From: Lama guanicoe
Lineage: Eukaryota
NCBI GenBank assembly: GCA_013239625.1
Contig: MU057332.1
Coordinates: 6,103,001 to 6,167,000, forward strand
DNA: 64,000 nt
Direction: 5' to 3'
In this document: piece after piece, positions 29,901 through 39,500 of the stretch
Layout of the letters: each line of letters opens with the position of its first letter
How positions within the stretch are numbered: the stretch's first letter is position 1
Program-made: the position numbers and the translations under genes
Notes under the pieces: generated by a model
Databases searched by the model: none
What the model saw: the letters and a program-made list of their open reading frames with translations, nothing else
Told to the model about the DNA's origin: nothing

Positions 29901-32900
29901 AGGGCCCATTGAGTCACTGAAGGCCCAGGTGACCAAGAGCAAGCTGGGCGTGCTGGCCCCCAGGCAGCTGCAGCGGTATCGGGAGGAGCTGGCTGAGCGT
30001 GCCCGCCTGGGCTACCCGAACTGCTTCACCAACCTGTGGGCCCTCATCAACGAGGCACTGTTGCACGGCGAGGTGCGGGGAGGGGTGTGGCGGGGGAGGG
30101 GATTAGGGCGGGGAGTTGTTGGGGGGCGGGTGATGGGGGGTGGCCGGCCACCAAAGGGCCAGGTCCAGGGCTGGAGAGCAGCCTTGGGCATCGGGGGTGG
30201 AAAAAGCCCTGGGAAGCCATGGCTTTTGGTTCAAATTATCTTCCCCTAGCCCCATGACCACAAACTCTCAGACCAGCGGGAGGCCCTAAGTCGTGGCCAG
30301 AACCCTCTGCCCATCTACTGTGCTCTCAACACCAAGGAACGGAACCTGACTACCTTTGAATTTGGGGGTAAGTAGCCCCAGAGCTGAGGCCCGTGCTCTT
30401 GCAGTTGGCAGGATGAGAGGTAGCTGGGCCTGTGTATGAAAGTGGGCGTCACACCTAGCACTTCTGGGCCTGGCCCCATGCTTTCCAGAGCCTGTCATCC
30501 TACTGGAGTCACTCAGCTTTGGAATGGGGCCAAGGGCCGTAGGTCCAACACTCAGGGTGCCAGCAACAAGGCTGAGCCTCCTGGTCACCAGGCTGCCTGT
30601 CACGAGGCCTGTGGTGGGTGCATTGGTGCCCAGGGTCCTCAGGTTCTGGGCCCCACGGTGAGTCCGTGTGGCCTCTTCACAGAGTGGTGCGAGTTCTCCC
30701 CCTACGAGGTCGGCTTTCCCAAGTACGGTGCCTTCATCCCCGCTGAGCTCTTTGGCTCCGAGTTCTTCATGGGGCGCCTGACAAAGCAGCTTCCTGAGTC
30801 CCGCATCTGCTTCCTGGAAGGTGAGGGGTCTGGGAGGCTGGGGAAGCTGGGGTAGTGGGGAGAATGGGCCTGAGTGGAATGGTGGGCTCTGCCTTCCCAG
30901 CTCAGTCCCTGGGTGGGTTGGGGGAGGGTCAGGTTGCAACAAAGTGGGGGACTCTCCCACTCGTGTCTCCTTCTCAGGTATCTGGAGCAACCTGTATGCA
31001 GCCAACCTCCAGGACAGCTTATATTGGTCCTCAGAGCCCAGCCAGTTCTGGGACCGCTGGGCACAGGATCAGGCCAGCCTGGGTAGGTGTCCAGGCTCCC
31101 TCACCTGGATGGGAGAGGCAGCGAGTGGAGCTGTATTTGGGGAGGAGGGGGATCTCAGGCCTTTGGGAGTCCATAGAGGCCAGACTAAAGGTCCAGGGAT
31201 CCCTGTTCCTCCTTCTTGACTGCAGACAAGGAGCAGGTTCCCCTTCTGAAGATAGAAGAACCTCCCACAGTGGCTGGCAGGATAGCTGAGTTTTTCACTG
31301 ACCTTCTGACGCGGCGTCCACTTGCCCAGGCCACCCACAATTTCCTGCATGGCCTCTCTTTCCACAAGGACTATTTCCACCATCCTCACTTCTCTTCCTG
31401 GAAAGGTGTCTGCTTTTCTCTTCCTGGTCCCAGCTCTTCAAAGTCTTCCCATGGTCGCCTGAGCCTTGGGTCCCTGGTCCAGACATGTGCACTCTCCAAC
31501 CCCTCAGCCCCAAGCCCTTTGAGCTCAGTTCCCTGGGTTGCTTGGAGCTGGAACCCTTTTTACTCTCCTTATGTTGGGGTCAGGGCCCATCCGTGAGACC
31601 TCAGGAATTGAGGTGCTGCTTTGGCAGGATTGAGCAGGAGCTGGAGGGCAGGGCCTTCTTCCCTCAGCAGCAAGGAGCTGGTGTTAGGCTGGAGGGGGCT
31701 GGTGCTCAGCACCAGTGACAGCTGCTCTCCACCCGACCCCCTACCTTTCCAGCCGCCAAGCTGGATGGCCTCCCCAATGAGCTGACACCTGCAGAGCCCT
31801 ACCTTTGCCTGCTGGATGTTGGCTACCTTGTCAACACCAGCTGCCCACCCCTCCTGCGGCCCACACGGGACGTGGACCTCATCCTGTCACTGGACTACAA
31901 CCTCCATGGAGCCTTTCAGGTGGGCTGGGGGCAGGCTTGGGAGGGGGGGGGCAATCCAGAAGCATCCCGACTCCTGCCTCTGGATAGATTTGCTTAGGAG
32001 TCCGGTTTCTGGGCCAGCTTCCCTTGGGGGCTGTGACACGACCCTGTGAACGGAAGGCTGTGGAATCTGAACTCACCACCAGGGGAGTAGTGATGGGGAA
32101 GCTGGCAGTGCTTTAAAATGTATCCTGTCTGGGTCTGCTTTGCTATCTCTGCACCCCGTTTGGTCCTGGACCTCTAGAACTCCTTGCTTTGAGTTTCTGC
32201 TGGCCCAATGAAGATTTTTGTCTCCCAACTGCAGAACCTGGGGTTTGTTAGCAGCCCAGCTTGGTTGAGCCCAGAGGAGCTGCTGTAGACAGGCTACAAG
32301 GTTTAGAGCATTTTTTTAAGTCAAGTCTGGCCTGTTGGGTCCACGAGAGTCTGACTTGGCATCTGGGCACTCAGTTCCATGTCTTAGTGGCTCTCCACGT
32401 TCCATCAGCGCAGCGTGGAGGACACAGGAGCCCATGCAGGCCCATCTCACTGACACCGCCTCTGTTCGCCCTGCAGCAGCTGCAGCTCCTGGGCCAGTTC
32501 TGCCAGGAGCAGGGCATCCCGTTCCCACCCGTCTCGCCCAGCCCAGAGGAGCAGTGCCAGCCCCGGGAGTGCCACCTCTTCTCTGACCCTGCCTGCCCCG
32601 ATGCCCCCGCCGTGCTGCACTTCCCGCTGGTCAATGCCTCGTTCCGGGAGCACTCGGCCCCTGGTGAGTCACTGTCCCCCACCCCCCGCCCCCAGCGGTT
32701 GCGCCCATGCCCAGGCTGCATTCTCTCCACAGGGGTCCGGCGGACAGCCGAGGAACAGGAGGCCGGGGAGGTGAACCTGTCTTCATCCGACTCCCCCTAC
32801 CACTACTCGAAGGTGACCTACAGCCAGGAGGATGCAGACAAGCTGCTCCGCCTGACGCATTACAACATCTGCAACAACCAGGAGCGGCTGCTGGAGGCCC

Positions 32901-32953
32901 TGCGTGAGGCCGTGCAGCGGCGGAGGCAGCGCCTGCGGTGCCGGCCCAAGTGA
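23973..32953 (+). CDS. PLA2G4B: Cytosolic phospholipase A2 beta (group IVB), 20 exons, 783 aa
   Basis: Exons 23973-23981 (MAL), 25179-25251, 25536-25672, 25800-25931, 26148-26188, 26354-26393, 26653-26707, 26987-27117, 27373-27456, 27758-27795, 28588-28723, 29447-29583, 29850-30072, 30250-30367, 30683-30820, 30978-31082, 31226-31405, 31753-31919, 32477-32663, 32733-32953 sum to 2352 nt. C2 domain ([16 protein letters not shown]), TGGGIRAM, catalytic [15 protein letters not shown], catalytic Asp in LLDVGY. Confidence 0.97.
24820..24950 (+). mobile_element. MIR fragment
   Basis: TTCTGTGCCTC...CATAGGGTGGTTGTGTGATTAAACTGA...CATAAAGC. Confidence 0.5.
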
Positions 32954-33513
32954 TGGGCGGGGAGGCTGCTGTGCCCTGGCCTGCGGCTCTAGCCTGGCCC
33001 CCATGGCCCCTGATTCGTTTTTAAGGCTCACTCTCCGGCCGCCTTGCTTCTCCAGTTGAGTCGGGGTGGAGACCATCATCGACAAGTTCCAGAGCTGCTG
33101 GGGGTTTGGACGGCACATTTGTGGTACCCGGCACCACAGCCACGGCCCTGAAGCCGACACCCTTGGGTAGGGCGAGGGTCTTAAACAGGGGCTGGACTCT
33201 CTCTCCTCAGGTTTTGGTCTCCATGCTGTGGCCAGAGAAAATGCAGAGATTCTTTGGCAGCGGGGGGAGAGCGGGCAGGATTGGCCATATTTGTAAGAGC
33301 ACAAAGGCCAGGGCCTGTGTGTGCTTTCCCTTCCTGGCTACCTTGAGTAGCTGTGCAGAGTGAAATAGAGCATTTCTTGTATTACAGAGGCTCACACAAC
33401 CACGAGGCGTTATGGAGATTACTGTTACTGCTGCCAAGAGGGACATGTATCATTCCAGGCTCTTGGTTACACATGCTGAGAACTGGTTTAGAAAACAAAA
33501 CATCTCTGGCAAC

Positions 33514-36500
33514 TTACAGAGCTGGCAAGTCAGCTTGGTTGGGCTTCCCCAGGACTGCCGTGTCTGCTCCACTCAGGCCAGAGAGGAAGCCAGTTCGGGC
33601 TGGTGGCCTTGCGTCTGCAGGCCTAGCTCTGCTCCGGGGAGCAGACTCACAGGCCATGACGGCCATCACTCCTGTCCTCCTCACCCAGGGACTCAAAGGG
33701 CTGCTGCCTGTCTCATGGTAGGGGTGTCCAGACCTGGGGCCAGAGGAGCCAAGGAAAGAGGCCAGTGATAACTTTGTGACTTCAGCAAGCTGTGACATTG
33801 GTGGGGCCTGTCTTCTAACAGGGAACTGTCTATTCCAGAAGTTGGTCCTGAGGGGCCTGGTAGCTGAGTCTCCTGGTCCCCTCAAGGGTGTCCTCACTTG
33901 CAGCCCTCAGGTTTGGTGCCACAGGGTTTTTGCTTCGGGGCCCAACCTGTTGGGAAAATAGGGAGGTGGAGTGAATTTACGGCATAGCTGCTCCAGAATC
34001 TTCTAGTACTGGTGCCCTAAGCCTCCCTTGGAAAACCGCACCTGCTCCTACCATTGATGTGGGATGAGGACGCTGGGAGCTGAGAGGCACAAGTGGCCGT
34101 TACATGTGGGATGGATGGGAGATGACTGGGTCTCATGACCCCACTCACTGCATGTGTCTGCCCCGGGCATGTGGCTAGACTCTGAGCAGAATGAATGGCA
34201 GCCCTGATAACCTTAGAAGCCACTGTATCCAGGACAAGGCCTGTTCACGGAACAGCACATCATCTGAATCATAAATCGGAGCCTGTGGTCCTGCAGGAGC
34301 AGGTGGACAGTTACACCAGAGACCACAGCTGTGGCTGCGACCCGTTTTGATGTGAGTGCTCCCTCAGGTACGGGCCCGTGTGTGTGTCTCTGCGCACATC
34401 GGTGTCTGTATGTCTGCTGTGCGTGTGTGCCTCGGTGACATCCACTCCCGGCCTGTCTGGGACAGTAAGGCTCCCTTCCCCCTTGGAGCAGGGACCTGGT
34501 CCTTGGACTGGGGAAAGCACAGGAGGATGGAGGCAAGGGTGCAAGAGGGGTCTAGCTGTCCTGTCAGCAGTGCCCCATCTTGAAGAGGAAGGAGTGGGAG
34601 GAGGCCGAGGAGGGAGGTGTGTGGGGCCCCGGGCAGGCTTCCTGGCATGTGCCCTTGCCGTGGTCTGGCCTGGGTGGGACAGCCGCTAGGAGCCTGGTGC
34701 ACTTTCCTTTACGGGGCCAGCCACCTGCGGGAGCTCCTCGGGCTGCAGGTGGCTGTCAGTGCACACGGGCATCTCCCTCAGTGAGGAGGGCAGGGGACAG
34801 CCATGGAATCTGTGGGGAAAGGGAGCCTCAGGGTCCGGACTCCGTTGCCTCTGCTGAGAGTCGGGGTGGAGGTTGGCCCCACACCGTCCAGCGTAGGTCT
34901 GGGTCCTGGGACCTTGGGCTTAGGAGGGCAGCGTCTGTGCCTGTCATGGGGGCTCAGGACTCCCACCCACACACCTGGGTGCCCTACCTGAGCGGAGCGG
35001 CCGTGCTGGGGCCCCTCGCAGCAGCCTGCTCAGCCGGGAAGCCCAGGGGTCCGGCTCGAAGTTCTGGGCTCAGACTAGGGGCTGCAGAGCAAAGAAGAAC
35101 ACAGTCATCCTGGGCTGTATGCTCAGCTGCAGCCTCCCTGCCACGGCCTCAGTGTTCATGTCCTCCTCAACCTCATATGTTGAAATCCTAACCCCAAGGT
35201 GATGGTATTAGGAGGAGAGGCCTTCAGGAGGTGATCTGGTCCTGAGGGTGGAGCCCTTATAAAAGAGACCTCAGAGAGCAGCCTCCCCCCTTCCACCCTG
35301 CAAGGACACAGCAAGAAGGCGACATCTGCAGCCTGCAGGAGGGCACTTACCAGACACCCAGCCTGCCGGCGCCTTGTCCTTGGACTTCTCAACGTCCAGA
35401 ACTGTGAGAAATAAACATCTGTGGTCCTTAACCTACCCAGCCTGTGGTCTACTTGTTGCCTCAGCCCAAACAGACTAAGAGGCACCCAGAGGCACACACC
35501 AAGCCTCGCCCCCGATGAGGGGTGCAGCCCAGGCGGGGCACACAGGGCAGGCTCCCCCAGTGCACCCGGCCTCCTGGGAGACGGAATGCTGATGGTCCCG
35601 GAAAGGCTTAGCCTGGAGGAGATTCTAAAGAAACTCGGTTCCCTTTGGGATTCTGGAAGGACAGCCTCAGGGAGCTCCCGGGGGAACAGACTGACGCATA
35701 GAGCCAGCAACCCAGAGGGACTCCTGGGCGGGGCCCCTGAACACTCTCCACTTGGAGCCTGTCAGACCACAATGACAAGGGGCTTTTGGTCTAGGGGGTG
35801 CTGGGGTGCGTTCTGTGTTTCCCTCCTGGTAGAACTGGGCTTGGCTACTGTCTACAAGATACCCCCAAGGGAGGTGCATTCAGAGCTGTTTTAAGACTAG
35901 AAGGTTAGAAAAGGCCTCAGCCAGACAGAGCAGAGCCTGGGGAAGCCCACAAGGATCCTTGAAGGAAGGGCTCAGGGGAGGCAGACTCCAAAATGGGTGA
36001 AACAGAACTAGGAGGCAGCCAGGGGGTCGAGCCTGGCCTCACCTCTGCTACTAATTTAGCTTTGTGATCTTTAGTTAGTTGCTTACCCTCTCTGAGCCTT
36101 AAATTGAGAAAAGACAAGTCCTGTTTACCTCTCAGACTACAGAAGTACCAGATACGAAACTTCTGAGGATGCGTTAAACACCAGCAGCTTGGGGCCCAGG
36201 GAATCAAAGCCCCCTGCGCCCCCCAGGCTTCCCCTGGAGCCTACCTGCCATGCTGCTCAGGGCGTGATGCTGGCTTTCAGCCTGCCCTTCAGATGGTGCT
36301 GCAAACAGGGTCTCCATCCCAGACAGCCTGCCACCCAGACAGCCATAGGTCAAAGCCTGCCTCCCAGGCAGAGGACCCTGCCTCCAGCCCCTTCAGCTGC
36401 TCTGGGGAGGCCATGCCAGCTGAGTTAGCATGTCTGGGGGCCAGCATCTCTCTCCTGACTCGGCCCTCACCTTAAGGAGGTGTCTTTTCCATCATAGTGG

Positions 36501-39500
36501 TCCCTTGGCCTCTCACACTGGGCTTCTGTGAGGTCGAAGGAGGCTGTGGAAGCCACGTTCTGAGGAGAGATGAGAGGCAGGGGTTACCACGGCCATCCCT
36601 GCTTTCCCCTGTGGGGCCTCTGTCCTGTGCCCGTCCGCCCACTGCCTGGTACCTCTGCCACCGCCCTCTCATCCCAGGACAGGCTCCGGCAGCTGTCCCC
36701 CAAGGCCCCATGGCAGCTGTGCCAGCGGCTCAAGCTGGGCTGTGGAGAGAAGGCGGTGAGGCCACACCAGCCTTGTCAAGGCCTGTGTCTACAGAGGCTC
36801 CCAGGGCAGGTGCTAGGCTGGACCAAGGAGCCCACGGGGAAGCGGGAGCCAAGGAGCGACTTCCAGGGAACCCAGGAGGAGGAAGGGGGCCCACCCCGTC
36901 CTGGGTGAGGGCAGAAGCTGTGAAGTGGCCCCAGGGAGCCAGACTGTTGTGGCGGGGAGCGTGTCCACCACAACGCCAGGGTGCCAGGCCCTGTGCCTTC
37001 CGAGGCCTCCAGCGGTCCTGTGGAGGGAGCTGCAGCAGAAGGAATCTCTGGGCACTTACCTTCCTACCCCGCGGCAGGAGCTGCTACTTAAGCTCCTCCG
37101 AAGATCCCTCCGTGGTGGGGGTACCCTTTGCATCCTTACCCCTACGGCCCCGGCTGCGCGCTCCAGGGAGACAGTGGTGGCCAAGGTTATGTGCGGCCCA
37201 ACAGGGACGTCTGGCTGCAGGTCCCTTGTCCCAGCCAGCTGTGCTCCAGGCCACCAGCTTCCTGAGAAACTCTGCTGGAGGGAGGCTGGCCCACTGCCAA
37301 CTCTCTCGGGCTGCAGCCCCTTCACCTGTTGCAGCAGCTTCTGGTCCATCTTGGGGAGAGGAGAAGGGGGGCAGGTCAGGGTTCCCGTGGTCTCTGTGTC
37401 CCAGCCCCTCCTCCCCACGGCGCTCCCACCCAGAGGGAGCCCCTGCCTCCTCGTTTTTCAGCTCTTCCTGCTTTGGCTCAAGAGACTTCCCTCTCGTCCC
37501 AGGCCACAGGGTGCCCTAGCTCACCAGGAGGTGGGGGTGACAGGACACCGTAGCTGGCAAGGGAAGAGCAGCGCTCTCCTGAAGGGTCAGGTGCGGGCTC
37601 AGTGCCTGCGGATAAGCCAACTCTCGGGCTAAGACCAGGATCGCTGCCACCATCGGTCCCCAGGCCCCTGCCTCCTAGGACACCCAGCTTCTGCTCACCC
37701 TCACCTTCCTCTGAAGCTGGGCAAACCTCTCTTCCTGGGCAGCCAGCAGCTTTTCAAAGTCCTGGTGTCTGCAGAGCAGCAACTCCACGTCTGCCACTGA
37801 GTGCTGGGGAGAAGGCAGCTAGGGTGAGGCCCGGCTCCTGGGGGCACAGAGAGCCTTCCCCTCACCCTCCACAGCCTGGCCCAGGGGTCAGTGAGCAGAG
37901 GAGCCATGGGATCCGCCCTTGGTTGTGGCTGTCAGTGCAGCTGGCTAAGGGGCAGGGCCCCAGCTCACCCCGAAGTTGGGGTCCAGCAGGAGGCCCTCCC
38001 GGGAGGCCAGCCAGGCCTCGGCCTGATCCATCCCCTGCCACAGCTTCCGCAGATGCCAGCTCTCCTCACAGCGTCCCTGGCGCAGGACCCAGGCCTCCTC
38101 GAGCGCCTGCAGCCGCCCTTCCAGCTCCTGCAGACACTGGGTCACCTGGTGGGAGGGCGCCGTGGGTGGGATGCTCAGCCAGAGCGCCCGTTAGGGCGGG
38201 GCTAGAGTGCCCAGGAGAGGTGTCGGGGAAGACCCTGAGGCCTGGACCGTCCTCTTCTCTGCCCTCTCTCCCCACCTCTTTCCTGGCTTTCCCCTTCTGC
38301 TGGGGGTTCCGAAGCCCTGGGTAACTGGGCTCTGTGCCCAGCTCAGCCCCAGACTCATCTCAGTGCTCATACTTCCAAGGACATGAAGTGGCTATTGTCC
38401 ACCAGCTGCTGCCCTTCCTGCCGTACATTCTGGGCTTGAAGGCAGTGCTCCTTGATGTCTCGCCCCAGCTCCTCATGCTGCTCCAGGAGCTGCTCAGCTC
38501 TAGTCACATCCCCAGCCAGCTCCTCTGAAGACACCATCACCTGCTTCTCCTGAGCCCATGCTCTGTGGGCAGGGAGTGGAAGCTGCTATCAGGGCCAGGA
38601 GCCCTGTGGGGTGGGGAGGGGGGTGGAGCAGGGCAGGAGCTGCACAAGGGGCTGAGGACTGTAGCTCCCCAGAGAGCTGGGGTGACCCTGCAGGGGAGAG
38701 CTAAGCCAACAGCCGGGAAGGACCCACTTACAGCAGTTCCCGACAGCGTCCGAGGAAGGCGTGGCCCTGGGCAGCCTGTTCCAGCTGCTGACCCCGCTCC
38801 TGGGCCTTCACATTCAGGCTGGCCCAGGCTTTCTGCACCTCAGCCAGCTGCTTGGCCAGGCCCTCCTGAGCCTCGGGGTGTAGCTGGCCCAGCCGGCAGG
38901 CCTCAGTTGGCACCTGTGCCACCTCCTTCTCCACGGCTGTCAGTTCCCTCTGCCGCCAGAACACATGATCAGGCCTCACCCCCCGGCACCTGATGCCTGC
39001 TCCTCTTCAGGGAGCACCCAGTCCCTCTGGGGAGCTGGTTCTGCTTCCAGACTGCTCCACAACCTGGGAGGCAGGCCCTCCCGTCCCCCCGCCTTCAGGG
39101 AGGGGCTGAGACGGGCAGGCCGTGGCATGTGGATCCTCACCTCCAGGCATCTGTGCTGTTGCTGCAGGGTCTGCACCGACGACAGGCTGTGGCCACAGGC
39201 ATCTCCTGCCATCAGGCTGGCCTTCTCCTGCATCCAGCCCCGGAGCTCGGCTGCCACCTGCTCAAAGCCGCGGACCTCCCGGGCTGCAGCCAGGTTCTGG
39301 GAGAGAAGGGAGGGCCTGCTCTGGCCACGGTCCTCTCTTCCTGGAGACATGGCCTCCTGGGCTACCTCCTTTTATTTTTTCCTTATTTTTCAAAATTGTT
39401 TACTTATTTTTAAATTAAAGTATAGTTGGTGTACAATATTATATAGGTTATAGGTGTACAATGTAGTAGTTTACAATTTATAAAGGTTATACTCCATTTA

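Noticed and set aside
37420-37515. Possible extra SPTBN5 cassette exon (GTLWPGTRGKSLEPKQEELKNEE)
   Set aside because: Poor acceptor, no in-phase GT donor and no recognisable homology.
36497-38324. Long plus-strand ORFs (340, 235 and 240 aa) antisense to the SPTBN5 tail
   Set aside because: GC-rich, stop-poor sequence and shadows of antisense exons; low-complexity P/G/A/R peptides with no recognisable domain or promoter.
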